Source: Octopus vulgaris (Eukaryota). From it: 64,000 nt of DNA. The notes beneath the pieces were generated by a model that made no database searches, had not been told where the DNA came from, and saw nothing but the letters and a program-made list of their open reading frames with translations. Positions 38,005-51,068 of this stretch are shown here, in pieces. The position numbers and the translations under genes are program-made. The stretch covers positions 78,058,001-78,122,000 of the forward strand of contig OX597820.1 in NCBI GenBank assembly GCA_951406725.2. The letters run 5' to 3'. The first letter of the stretch is position 1; each line of letters begins with the position of its first letter.

Positions 38005-38237
38005 CAGTATCGCTCTCGCTATATCGTGGTTCACCGATCGTGGCACACTTATCACGGTTTAGGGTTTAAGCTTACGCAGGCCCCTCCGTAGTGTTGTTTT
38101 GCATTCATAATAAAATAAATATATACAAATTATCATTTTTTTTTAAATATACAGTACAGTACCGTTTCTACTTCGCGGATTTCCACCTATCGCGGGGGTT
38201 ATGGAACGTAACATCCGCGATAGTCGACGGATTACTG
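38005..38237. mobile_element. Tigger/pogo-like MITE, second copy
   Basis: cagtatcgctctcgctatatcgtgg / ccgcgatagtcgacggattactg; internal match to 31634-31848. Confidence 0.75.
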
Positions 38238-38284
38238 AACATACATTTATACATCTATACATATTACATGACATACATCCAGAT

Positions 38285-38415
38285 AGTTTCCGTCTACCAG
38301 ATTCGCTCGCAAGATATTGGTCAGCCCGGGGCCATAGTAGAAGTCTCTTACCCTACGGTACCATGCAGTGGAGCTGAATCCAAACCCACGTGGCTGCAAA
38401 TCAATCTGCTTATTC
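38285..38415 (-). mobile_element. SINE family A head fragment
   Basis: agtttccgtctaccagattc..ggccatagtagaag..gcagtggagctgaatcc. Confidence 0.7.
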
Positions 38416-38644
38416 TCTCAGTCCAAAAGATTATACTATTTAACTTAATATACTTGCACTTGTTTTTATGGGAACATTACTTGCAGAAACAGTTTTACAC
38501 CTGTAAACATGCGACTGTTACTCTTTGCCCGCCATATTGTTTAGCCAAAGATTTGTGAACAGTGGTGTTCTTGTTGTGGCCATCCTTGTTGTGACCATAT
38601 TCAGATTTATTGCACCCAAGGCCATATCACCAATAACGTTATTT

Positions 38645-39065
38645 TATTCTTTTATTCTTTTAACGGTTTCAGTCATAGGACTGCGACCATGCTAGAGCAC
38701 CACCTTAATTTATTTTCTTTCAGTTTTACTGGCGCTTTATGACTGCCAGTTGGTCTACGATTACGTTTGTAGCAGATGATCTTCCTGAAGTGTATCCTTG
38801 AATTGTTGACTGGTCCAGTATCGTCGCTAGGAGATTATCCAATGTTTTCTTTCAATGCTTTAGTTGAGGTTCTTTCTATATTTATGATTTCTTTAGATGA
38901 GTATATGAACAATTAATATTCTAATACAATAGCGTGTTTTTGCTCTTGATTTCGAGGGCGGTATATTTAGAAGCTGACAGAATGTACCAGTTCGAGAATA
39001 AGGTGCAACTTCTAGCATCTAGAAATTGTTTGTATTTTGTATGTAGGTTGAAGATGAAGAGCAGA
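38645..39065 (-). mobile_element. Old CR1-clade LINE 3' fragment with SINE-like tail
   Basis: SRTGTFCQLLNIPPSKSRAKTRYC and LDNLLATILDQSTIQGY..SSATNVIVDQL align by eye with the 22853-23284 ORF; tail aaggtggtgctctagcatggtcgcagtcctatgactgaaac. Confidence 0.72.
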
Positions 39066-39443
39066 AAGTAAAAGTGGGAGGAAATCGGCAGAAGTTTAGA
39101 AACAAACGTATAAAGAAACTGGGAGAGAAAGTGAAAAGAAATTAACGTTAGAAAAATAAACGAAGATACCTGAACCGAATAAAGCGAGAAAGAGAGGTAG
39201 AAGGGTAAACAGTTATCTTACAAAAGAAGGAGAAAAAACGGATTAGGATAAAAATTAGAGAATAACACAGAGAAACAAAGAATCAATTGTCTACGTATAT
39301 GTCTATATATATATATGTGTGTGTGAGTGAATGCGAGTGTATGAATGTTTATATGTGTATTTTTTATATATATACGCATACACGCATATATATTTAGAAT
39401 ATACTGAATATATTTGTACAAGTGTATGTAAATAAATGTATAC

Positions 39444-39492
<49 letters not shown>

Positions 39493-39548
39493 TGTGTATA
39501 TTTGTCTATACATATATATATAGATTGAAACTCACATAAACACTCACC

Positions 39549-39589
<41 letters not shown>

Positions 39590-39767
39590 GCATATGCATA
39601 TGCATATATGTGTGTGCGTGTGTGTGTGCGCCTATGTGTCTGTGTGCGTATATGTCGAAACATTAACGTGTGACATTTAATTTTTCATCTTTATAAACTT
39701 TTTTTTAAATTTAAATTGCTATTATATAAACAAATAGGTTATTAAGAAAGAAAATGATGTCTCCAAC

Positions 39768-39795
39768 GCTACCGGTTACTATAGCAACCAGTAGC
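39768..39795. promoter_or_regulatory. 28-bp imperfect palindrome containing an RFX X-box match GTTACTATAGCAAC (39775-39788)
   Basis: gctaccggttactatagcaaccagtagc fits GTTRCYATRGYAAC; lies in apparently unique sequence. Confidence 0.35.
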
Positions 39796-40409
39796 AACAT
39801 TGATTTCTTCAATCTTTATAGAAAAATTTACGCTACAAGCAAGATTTGGAAATAAATAAATTCTTTATTTTATATAATAATTTATAGATCTTTTACATTC
39901 TGGCGCAAACAAAAACTCAAATATAATTGATATTATTTTATTTCTTTGCGAATCGCAGTCCATTTGTAATATGCGAGCCTAAATTACTTTTGATTAATTT
40001 TCTCTGAACTAGTTCGGTCTATTGTTTCACCTGCTTAAAGAAAAGGTTGGATAAGAATCAATATGCAGCAATCGATATTGCATTTAATCTCCTTCAGAAC
40101 GACGAAATTATTACGAAAATACAGTAAGGACAAGATGATCGATTGTACGAATTCTCGTTATCACATTTTTAATAAAGAAACACCAAGAAACAAACACGTA
40201 CTTGTATATGCTTGAGTGTACGTATGTGTGTAGAATGGTGCATGTGTGTTACCAAGCTTACCACGAACGTAGATTATGCAATTCTTAGAATGAATGTTTT
40301 TTTTGTGTGTATGTATGTACTCCATATCTGCTTCTTTTCGAAATTTGTAGATAGATACATAGCTAGATAGCTAGATAGGTAGATAGACAGAGAGACAGTC
40401 AGACAGCGA

Positions 40410-40416
40410 TAACACA

Positions 40417-40499
<83 letters not shown>

Positions 40500-40834
40500 A
40501 TGATCCTGGTCCATATATGCATGACTGTATACATGTGTTGATATATAAATACATACATACATATATAGAGAGAGAGAGACAGAGAGGGGGGAGATAGTTA
40601 GATAGATAGAAAACCGATGGACGGACAGACAGAGAGATAGTTGGACAAACATACAGGCAGACAGATGGACGCACAGACAGAGAAACGGATAGACAGACAG
40701 ACAAGCAGACAGACGGACGAACATGGAAAACCTGACGGGCAGACAGACAGACAGGTGGACAAACATACAGGCAGACAGACGGACGAACGAGCAGACAGAC
40801 GGACGGACGAGCAGACACACAAACAGACAAATAT

Positions 40835-40905
<71 letters not shown>

Positions 40906-40910
40906 CTTAT
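40410..40910. repeat. Compound microsatellite with cryptic (GACA/GACG)n region and (GATA)n
   Basis: Visible. Confidence 0.9.
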
Positions 40911-41325
40911 ATACATACACACACGCGCGCATGTATATGTCTATATGTGTGTATGTTGTATATGTGTATACATATGTATGCATGCATGTATGTATATATC
41001 AATGAATTGACAAATGAACAGGATTTACGTTATCAGTTTCAATTGCTTAAAGCTATTTTCATTGTAAGCAAGCGTGCACCCTGAGCTAAGTTCCGGTACA
41101 TCTTCCAAAAAAACATCTTGAAGACGCCAGTGGCGACATTGCACTTAGTTATTGCAATATTTAATCATATTTTTTCAGCGATCTTAGTGAGTTAAAAAGA
41201 CCTCTTCAAAATAAAAATAACACTTCTGTCTGCATTTCCTGTCCAGACTTTTTACTGATGTATATTATGCAACGATGAATTTCAAATAACACTGTAGTAT
41301 ATACCTGTCATTTTTTAATGACATA

Positions 41326-41875
41326 TATTTAGTTGTACGAAAAGTTCGTGCCGATTTATAGTAGCTTACCTTTCGACATGGTTGAGCCCAAAAAATAGGA
41401 TTTGACTACACCTCCATTTAGAGCACAGATTAAGCTATCTTTTCGTGGAAGAAGGTTTATGCTCCTCTAACCTGTGTTAATTCTGTAACTCTTTAAAATG
41501 AAAGAGAAGAAAATTCGTTTTCGCAAATTGATGCTTTGGGAACCAGACTAAAATTGCTGCAGCACGGCTGGCATGTGTTAACCCACCCTCCATATTCACC
41601 AGATATTGCTCCTTCGGATTTCCACTTATTGAGGTCTCTGCAGGATAGTCTTAATATTAAAAATTTAAATTCCTTGGATGACTTAAAAAGATACCTTGAT
41701 GTATTCTTTGCGATGAAACCACCTTAATTCTTGGAAGAGGGTATTTTCAAGTTAATGGAAACGCATTATTCAAGAAAGTGGTTCCTATTTGGTCGATTAA
41801 AAATGTAATGGCAAGTATTTATTGTCCTTTTTTCTTCCTTTAAAAATCGGCACAAACTTTCTGGACAACCCAATA
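41326..41875 (+). mobile_element. Internally deleted mariner (~550 bp)
   Basis: TIRs tatttagttgtacgaaaagttcgtgccgattt / aaatcggcacaaactttctggacaacccaata. MKEKKIRFRKLMLW is joined to LLQHGWHVLTHPPYSPDIAPSDFHL. Confidence 0.9.
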
Positions 41876-42499
41876 CATGTGATATTGCTCATTGAGATAT
41901 GTGACATAACCATATAAAAGAGAGCAATGTCACATATCTACTGAACATGAGTTACCTGACTTAGCGTGATCATCGCATTATGAGTGTATTTAACTAAACT
42001 AGTTATGAAAGCTGCAGAGGAAAACAGAATTGCTCATTGAATATTCTATAGCAGAAAATTAGGGAAATTGTTTTCCTTTCAAACCAAGTAGAAACTCCCA
42101 GCTCTGTATTAAGCCAACTCTATGTTTTACTGTATTCAAACTCAACGTTGGTGTTCTCCATTTTGTTAGCATGCGATGCTGAAATAATGGCATTCAGTAA
42201 AGCAAACAAAACCCATTCACGCGGCGAGTGACGCGCTCTATGTTTGGAAGGTGTAGTTAAGTCTCCCCAACCAAGTTATTCAAGGGGAATAAGGCAATAC
42301 CTGCATTATACAATGGAATTTACAATGCAATAACCAGGTTTCTGTTCAAAGAACTAACGTATTCTCTCATTTATTTTCCTGTTTTTCATCATGTTTGGAC
42401 ATGTTTCATGTATAACATTTCCTTTTGACTTTCTTCTATTTGAACGTCACAAAGCTTAGATATGATCCCGACAAACATTATCTTAAGGTGTTCATACCG

Positions 42500-42900
42500 C
42501 TTAGGTAGTTGTTTCTTTGTTTACAACTTCTATTTGCAACTTTAAACCGTGGTTAATAGCCTTCAGAGGTTAACTCACCGTTGGTGTAGAAATAAGCGCT
42601 AAATGTTCAGATTCCGTACCACTACTCATTAATGGTTTGTCGTAATGCTTTTATCCTTCATTCCAAATAGGAGTCAACGTCTTCGTAAGTTTACATCACC
42701 ATTAATATAATTTAAATTGAATTTAAATACAAGTATTATTTCAGTGGTGAACGCTTTTTTACAAAATGAGGATGACTTCTCTACATATCCATAAAAATAC
42801 ATTTCAAATCCATACTTGGGGAGAACTCAACGTTATAAATGAAGATCACATCTAGATATGTTACTTAGTTGAATAAGAATGAACTCTACTTTGTTGTTCC
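42500..42900 (-). pseudogene. Possible very decayed non-LTR RT fragment (R4/Dong-like)
   Basis: Weak minus-strand remnants HSYST/YLDV, MDLKC, DSYLG, KAIN in the order expected for HLLFMDD..FGLDKC..YKYLG..AIN. Confidence 0.3.
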
Positions 42901-44164
42901 TAATTAGGTCGAACTTTGAATGAATATTCTTCAGAATATAACTATGAGCACCTGATCAATTGTATGAATATATCACTTTACATTATGGATAAAAAGAAAA
43001 CTGAAATCCTCTTGTGTAATGACTGAAAATCACCGAAAATGTTATTGAATGGGAGGGACAAACCCAACTACATCTAACGGAGTGCCGCCAACCAATCGAG
43101 CCAACAAAACGTTTTCTGTCTTCCAGTACAGTCACGTCATGCACAAAAACTTCTATATACCAACATACCTTTATATATACAGAACCAAAGAGGAATGTAT
43201 GTACATCCAATAACCATCGTTGGTTGAATGCGAAACACAGACTTCTTGAATGGCTGTCTTGTATTTCATTGACTCGGCAAGTTATGACTGCTTATATCAT
43301 TAACGCTCTGAGCATATAAATTTACAGATAATGTTATTGATACCCACCACCACCGCCACTGCAAATTCAAATCTTCGAGCTTACGTAGGAAATCAATATC
43401 TACTTTTCAAAATTGCCTTATTTTGTCTGAACAGTTTTAATGTTATATTGCAGCAAACATTAATACTTGACTGACGTTGGATTGGAATATTAACTTTCAG
43501 AAAGAAAGCGTTTGTCGGCAGTTATGAATAAAAGAATACTTTGTCAAGATACGAACATTATGAGAAATGTGGATTGAAATTTGCAAAGAAGAGAAAAGAT
43601 TGAGCAGGAGATGTAATGAGAAGCAGAAAGAAATCTATAATATTTTCTAATTTATTTTTAAATGTAGTTTATTTCTAGTATTGAATCAAATAATTGTAGG
43701 GAAGACGATAACATTTATAAAATGGCATGAACCATGTCAACCAACATAAACTATATAAAATGCCGAGGATATGCAATAAAATTCAGCAGACATTTTTAAT
43801 GAAATGTGTGGGGAATGTTTCGAAAGTAATGTTTTTGATTTTATCATTCAGCATTTGAAATTTAGATTCAGAACATAATGGAATTTGCGCATTATAGTTT
43901 TAGGATCAGCGAGATTAGTTGAGTAAAGGATGGAGTTATCACCAGACTGAAAAGCTGTTTTAAAATGGTTGCCACGGTGAGAACCCTATTTAAGTTAGTT
44001 AAGAGCGAGATGACAACGTGAACTCAGGACCCTAGATTTTATTCACAATAATAGTTACTGGTAAACTTACGTTATTTACGAAATTATCTATCTGTCTGAT
44101 GAATCTAATGAACAGGATCTCTTGAATACCGCCGAGAACAGGCAGATTCCATTACTGGATACTA

Positions 44165-44310
44165 TAGCGGAAATCGATTGGATATCATTACATCCATAAA
44201 ATATGTATATATATATATTTTTTTAATTCTTTATAGAAAGATATTAAACTGTGTGAAACGAAGGCATTTCTCTTCCACTTATTATATATATTTTCCACAT
44301 ATTTTCAACT
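44165..44310 (+). repeat. Dispersed ~150-bp repeat, second copy at 51103-51262
   Basis: Shared cataaaatatgtatata..atattaaa..tgtgaaacgaaggca.ttctcttcc..ttttccacatattttca. Confidence 0.75.
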
Positions 44311-44387
44311 TATAATTTTGCCACGTGGTGTATACTGAATCGCCAGTATTTTTACTCCTTTATAATTTTATATTAGTAAATATATAT

Positions 44388-45580
44388 ACTGCGTGACCTT
44401 GGCATAGCTGGAAAATTTAGAGAGTGGTTACATGACTTCCTGAAAGACAAGAGTCGGGCAATAGTGGCTAATGGAGCCACCTCTATGAACACACAAATAG
44501 TGAGCGGTGTTCCACAGGGCACTGTTTTGGGACCACTGCTTTTTATAGAGACCCTCTCAGATATGCCCTCAAATGCCCGGATAGCAACCCTTGCAAGCTA
44601 TACAGATGATACGAAAGTCTCGCAGAAAATACAGAACCCCAGCGATGTTGCCCACCTGCAGCAGGAGTTAGACTCAATTTATAGATGGGCTGAGGATAAT
44701 AATATACAGTTTAATGCTGAAAAATTCCAAGCCCTGGGCTAGCAGCATCCAAAACTGAATATGAAACTTACAGGGTACACCGGTCCACATGGAATTTCAA
44801 TCCCAGAGCCTAAGTCAGTGAGGGACCTGGGTATCGACATGAGTGTTGATACCTCTTTCCAAGTGCACATTACCAGGATGGCGACAACGTGCAGACGATT
44901 GACTGGATGGATCCTAAGAACATTCAGAACCAGAGATAAGGAAACCCTGATGGTCCTCCGGCGGACATTCATCCTCAGCCGCCTGGATTACTTCTCACAG
45001 CTATGGTCACCCACCAGTGTGAAATTAACAGCGGACCTTGAAGCAATCCAGAGATGATTCACAAAGAAGATCTCCCTTTGCAACAGCTCAGCTACTGGGA
45101 AATGTTGAAACAGTTAAGACTCTACTCCCTGGAGAGGAGACGGAAGAGGTATGCAGTAATATATATATATATATGGAAGATCCTGGAAGGAATAGTGCCA
45201 AATTTTGGTATTGAAAGCTACACCAGTGCCAGAACGGGACGACACTGCATAGTGCCGAAGGCCCCAGCAATGCCATCACGCTTCAGGACCAGTTACTGTA
45301 ACAGCCTGGGTTCCAAGGGCCCACAGCTTTTTAATATTCTCCGAAAGAGTCTGAGGAACTTGCACAAAGTAGATGTAGGGGATTTTAAATCAAAGCTGGA
45401 CATCTCCCTGTCGAGAGTACCAGAAGAACCAACATCACGGCAAGAGGTGCAAATGATTGTAGCTATATCAAACTCAGTGCTTCACCAAGTGCCACATGTT
45501 AGAGGCGGCTCAGTAATAAAAGTGTAGCAAAACGACGGTGCATCAGCATGGCCACAGCTCTGAGCTGTAACTAAAGAAAA
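44388..45580 (+). mobile_element. 5'-truncated CR1-clade LINE
   Basis: SGVPQGTVLGPLLF, YTDDTK, LQQELDSIYRW..QFNAEKF, VRDLGI, LYSLERRR; tail cggtgcatcagcatggccacagc. Confidence 0.93.
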
Positions 45581-47050
45581 AATATATATATGTGTGTATG
45601 TATGTATATATGTATGTATGCATGTATGTAAGTATGTGTGTGTATGTATGTCTCTTCTATTTTTCATTTATTATACATCTTTTAGAGAGGAGGGAACCGG
45701 TTTCCAACAAAGATACAAGATTTCATCTGTGGGATGTATGTGTATATGTATGTATGTATGTATTTATGTATGTATGTATGTATGTATGTATGTATGTATG
45801 TATGTATGTATGTATGTGAATGCATAAGGCAGAAATATACCACTCTTGTCTTGATGAAACCGCGCTAACATGAAAATCCTGACTATATCATATGTCCTCG
45901 TCTGACATCGTCACAAAACACTAAAATTATCAAAATGAATTACATTCAATTAATATTTTATTTTTTAACTTTTGAGGATAATAATTTCAATAAAACAAAG
46001 TTAAATTGATTTATTTAATAAAAATTATTCATCTTGTTTGACATTCACAAACTGAAGTTAATCATAATATGTTGTTTTATTATTTTATTCATATGAGTGA
46101 TCTTTTAAATTCTCCGTCATCAAACAGATTATAATTCGCTTAATTACAAATTCAAGTTGCTGTCAAAGAAATGATGAATAAAGCTTTTAAATAAAGGAAA
46201 TAAAACATTTTTAAGATAAGAAAACGTTTTGTGATATGATATTTCTATTTGCAAGAGATGGCTTATCTGGTTCAATTCGCTTAGATTCGCTTCTTGTATT
46301 GAACCAAAACCAACACTATGGTATTTGATATAAATTACGCAGCCGGGAAAGAAACGATACGAAGATCGTAGTAAGACGAGTGGAAACCATTTAAGATAGA
46401 ACTAATTACAACATTGCATAATATAAAATTCCGTATTTCAACATTAGCGCGATCTCTATTGGTTAATACAAAATCGTATCTAAGTCAGCTATCACATACA
46501 GATACATACACAGTATGGTACAGAGTAGCACATATCTAGAGAGCCCAACATACCACACACACACGCGCGCGGAAAACAACGCTCATATATATATATATCT
46601 TTGTGTGTGCGTATGTATGTATGTATGTATATATGTGTGTATGTGTATGTGTGCGGTGTAAGATTACGAGGCCAGCAAGCTCCGATCAACTGAAGCGATT
46701 ATAGAAACGATAAAAACAAAGTGAGGAACAGCACGCCTGTGGAGAAAAGACTAACGTGTGTCCATATGTGATTGTATACCACTCAATGGAGTGGCCATCG
46801 TTTGGCTGCGGTCCAGAATATATCTGTCCATAGCATCAGCACTGCCGAAAATTCCAAGAAGGGTAGCTAACTGTGGGCGCAAATTCTGCTTTCTAGGGTC
46901 AGCAGCTGCTGAGGTTTAAATAGTTCCTATCTGTGAAGAGGGGTCGACGTTTGGTATGCCGTCCTAGATATTCGCAAGTCTAGCTTTCTCCACGAAAGTT
47001 GCTTATAGATTGCGACGCTCGGTATCTACATCTACTGTATAGCAAATTCA

Positions 47051-47335
47051 CGTGGCTTAGTGGTTAGGGTACTCGGTTCACGATTGTAAGGTCATGTGTT
47101 CGATTTCTGACGGCGCATTGTGTTCTGGAGCAAAATATCTTATTTCCCGTTGCTTCTATCGACTCAGCTGGCAAAAATTAGTTGCACCTAAGATTCAAAA
47201 GGACAGCCTTGTCACATTCTCTGTTACCTTGAATCTCCGTGAGAACTGCATTAAGGGCACATGTATCAATGGGGTACTCAGCCACTTGCACGTTAATTTC
47301 CCGAGCAGACTGTTCGCTGATCAGATCAACTGACG
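47051..47335 (+). mobile_element. tRNA-derived SINE family C
   Basis: A box TGGCTTAGTGG, B box GTGTTCGATTTC; body cagccttgtcacattct..ctcagccacttgcacgttaatttc. Confidence 0.82.
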
Positions 47336-47466
47336 GTGTGCCAAAGCCACTATGAGGGTTTCAGCTTAATGCCACCCCTACATTCTTTGTATACTGAAAG
47401 AAAAAAGACAGGCATACCCCACTGAGCCCTTCTCTTAGTCTATGTTGTGGAATCAGAGTAGATCTG

Positions 47467-47523
<57 letters not shown>

Positions 47524-47571
47524 TAATGTATACATATACATATGCATAGATATACATATATATAAGTATGC

Positions 47572-47604
<33 letters not shown>

Positions 47605-47719
47605 TATAGATGAGAAAGTTGGTTTGTGAAAGCACGTGGTTGAATATATAGAAAATAGTAAAAAGGGAAAAAACTACAGAAGGCTTGTTTTAAAAGGTTA
47701 AAAAAATATATATTTGAGT

Positions 47720-47843
47720 CAATATGTCTGAAGAATGTTATCAATTGTTTACTTACAATGACATAGTTTAGAAGAAATGACCGGTTTCCTTCTAAACTAT
47801 GTCATTGTAAGTAAACAATTGATAACATTCTTCAGACATATTG
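47720..47843. repeat. Perfect 55-bp inverted repeat; the 14-nt spacer is a hammerhead 3' half
   Basis: Arms 47720-47774 / 47789-47843; the spacer reads GAAA-ccgg-TC-attt on the minus strand. Confidence 0.92.
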
Positions 47844-47844
47844 G

Positions 47845-48334
47845 TATTCTATCATCAGAGACAAGGCATGAACATTTTAGACGGGGAAATATAGTTTACA
47901 AGGAATAAAGTTCACAGTTTATACGTAAGAAAATGGAAGAATAAAGTAGTAAAAGAGACGAATAAAGAGTAGAAATAGAAGAATACAGACAGGGGAATAA
48001 TATTCGCAACTGATCTATTCCCAGAGGAAATAGATGTTGGTCACTACTTCCATGAAGGTACAGGTTTTTTCTTAAAATCCCAGGTATATCCAAGCAATAT
48101 TTTGACAGTGTCGTATTCATATTGTAAATGTAAGAAAGTATGCTCATAGAGCAGGAAAGATATAAATGGGTTTTGTGAATGGGTGTATGAGAGAGAGAGA
48201 GAGTGAGAGAGAAGTTGGGAGGAGAAAGAGAGACCGTGTGACAAGAGAGAGGTTTAGAAACTAAAATAGTGGTAAGATGGAAAAAATAAGAATAAAATAT
48301 ATAAAAAACTAAAATAAAAAATAATAAACTTAAA

Positions 48335-48420
<86 letters not shown>

Positions 48421-48710
48421 TAATAATAATAATGATAATAATTTGCCCTAGGAGTCGGGAAGACACTCGGCAAGAAATGGAAGCAAATTTGAAAGAAGAA
48501 AAAAAAGTAATGATAATAATAATAATAATGGGGTAATGACAGATATATCCTAAATGGATTTTGCGAGTGAGTGTGTGTGTGTGTGTGTGGAAGAGTGGAG
48601 ATAGGGAATGAAAATAGAAGATAGATGTAACAAAGTAACGGATAAGATCAAAAATAAATAAAAGGACGATATAGATATATAAGTAGTGTATAGGGGTTAT
48701 AGATCAAAAT
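47845..48710 (-). mobile_element. PLE-type repeat, inverted relative to 49740-50440; ends inside a hammerhead (gtct-CTGATGA-tagaat)
   Basis: The reverse complement matches 49740-50383 (acctgtaccttcatggaagtagtgaccaacatc, ttattccttgtaaact, tttccccgtctaaaat); internal (AAT)n. Confidence 0.72.
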
Positions 48711-48944
48711 CAACGCGCATAACACATCCATCCACGGTCGTTAAAGTATATGTATATATGTGTGTATGTATATATACATGTATACATGTATGTATATATA
48801 CATGTGTGTATGTATATATACATGTGTGTATGTATGCATATGTGCGTGCCTTATGTATGCGTTTATGTGCACATATGTACGTATATATATATATATGTAC
48901 GTGTGTATCTGTATGTGTCTATGGTGGTGGCACGTCGTCGGTTA

Positions 48945-49282
48945 CAGCAGTGGAGGTTCCAACAGAACTACCTGCTTGTGAAATTAAAGTGCAAGTGGCT
49001 GAGCACTCCACAGACACGTGTACCCTTAACGTAGTTCTCGGGGAGGTTCAGCGTGACACAGAGTGTGACAAGGCTGGCCTTTTGAAGTACTGGTACAACT
49101 GAAACTGGAAGAAAGAGTGAGAGAAAGTTGTGGTGAAAGAGTACAGCAGGGTTCGCCAGCAGCTCGAGTAGCTTTAGATTTTTTCGCTCAATAAACACTC
49201 ACAACGTCCGTTCTGCAAATCGAAACCGCGATCCTACGACCGCGAGTCCGCTTCCCTCACCACTTGGTCATTGCGCCTCCAC
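48945..49282 (-). mobile_element. Chimeric SINE: family D tRNA(Arg)-like head plus family C body
   Basis: Head ggaggcgcaatgaccaagtggtgagggaagcggactcgcggtcgtaggatcgcggtttcgatt; body ggccagccttgtcacactctgtgtcacgctgaacc. Confidence 0.8.
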
Positions 49283-49739
49283 ATGTGGGTATATATATCT
49301 ATGTATATGTATGCATGTATGTATGTATGTATGTATGAATGTATGTATGTATGTATGTATGTATGTACGTGTGTATGTATGTACGTACGTATGCATGTAT
49401 ACATATATATATATATGTGTGTGTGTGTGCACTTTCTTCTTTTTCCCTTGCTTCTCCTTCTTTATCAAGACAACTAATCTAGCTAATTTCAACTCAATAA
49501 TCAAAAACTTTTATAGATTTTGTTTTAGATTTTGGTATTCTTACTTTGTAATTTCAAGTTTTGATTTAAAATTTTTTCATTTTCAATTTTAATTTTGAAT
49601 TTTAGGTTTAATTCTTAATCTTTCAGCTCATAGCATTTAATGAATATCAAGCTTGAAATACAATTTCAAATATCCACATTAAATTATTGTCCTTATAACC
49701 TTACCTAAAATGGCCTTCCATCCCCTCAACTGAAAGTTT

Positions 49740-50520
49740 GACGTTTGACCTCTAACCCCCATATAATACTGACGCATCTATATCGTTACCTTTACTTTTA
49801 TTTATTTATTTTTCATCTTATTCTTTACCTTGTTCCCTCTGTCATATATATATATGTCATTACTCCATCTTTCATTGTATTATTATTATTTTATATATAT
49901 ATTTTTATTTTTTATTTTGGTTTTTATTTTATTCTTATTTCTCCCTTTTACAACTATCTTATTTTCTAAACCTTTCTCCAATCACACTTTCTTTCTCCTC
50001 CATATCTCTATCTCTCATATCTCCACTCACAAAAGCCATATATTTTCATCATGCTTTCTCGTTCTATATACATATTTACTATATGAATACATCACTCGGA
50101 ACACTGCAAAAATATTGCTTAGATTTAACTGGGATTTTAACTAATAACCTGTACCTTCATGGAAGTAGTGACCAACATCCATATCCTCACGGAAAAGAGG
50201 ATACGGATAGTGTTGTGAACACTATTCTCCTGTTTGTATTCTCCTAACTATTTTTACTCCTTAATCGTCTCTTTTACTACTTAATTCTTCTAATTTCTTA
50301 CGTATAAACTTTGAATTTTATTCCTTGTAAACTGTATATTTCCCCGTCTAAAATATTCATACATTGTGTCTTATGATAGAATTCCCAGTGCACAGACATG
50401 CTAACCAACCACTTGTTGTCTCAGAAACCGGTGTGAGACTTCAAATTCACCTTAGTCTTATTAAATTACTCTAAATGACTTGTTTTTTGATTTTTCCTCT
50501 AATATAATATATACATAATA
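49740..50520 (+). mobile_element. PLE-type repeat with decayed long-stem-II hammerhead (50367-50439)
   Basis: gtct-tatga-tagaat..tctca-GAAA-ccgg-tgtg-agac; the intact CTGATGA is seen in the inverted copy at 47848-47857. Confidence 0.62.
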
Positions 50521-50740
50521 TAACGGAAACCCAAAATGAATCCTTAGGTCCAGCCTTAGCTGTGATCTCGGAAATTAATGATCAACCAACAACAGCACTT
50601 ATCCAGTGTACCTATTCGTTTAGATCACAGGTTAACTAAACCTCTTATATTCTTTATATATATATATATATATATTGACGGAAATGGCAATACAACAAAA
50701 GAATGAAAGAGACCTCGATATTATGTAAATAGAGGAATTT

Positions 50741-51000
50741 ATCTGAAAATATATGTGACAATTAATCGGTAGCCATGATAAAACTCCGAGTTTCGGATGT
50801 AGGGGTGGTCATTCTAATAGCTCTTAATAGCTCTTAATAACGGTCAATCACACAGTTATTTCCCTTTCTTTAATTTTTATAAAATTTCTTTCGATGGCCC
50901 GATAACTGAAGGGATGCCGGCGTGGGTTTCCGCCTCGACATCCGAAACTTGGAGTTTTATCATGGTTACTGAATAATTTTCCAATATTATATTTACAGAT
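50741..51000. mobile_element. Fold-back element: inverted arm 50741-50808, direct arm 50928-51000, hammerhead-like 50906-50955
   Basis: CTGAAG-ggatgc..ggcg/cgcc..acatcc-GAAA; the inverted arm stops within stem II. The core is one base short. Confidence 0.65.
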
Positions 51001-51027
51001 ATATATATATATATATATATAAAGAGA

Positions 51028-51068
<41 letters not shown>

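Noticed and set aside
43050-43145. CCAAT and CRE/E-box-like motifs suggesting a promoter
   Set aside because: Short motifs are expected by chance, and no downstream exon can be supported.
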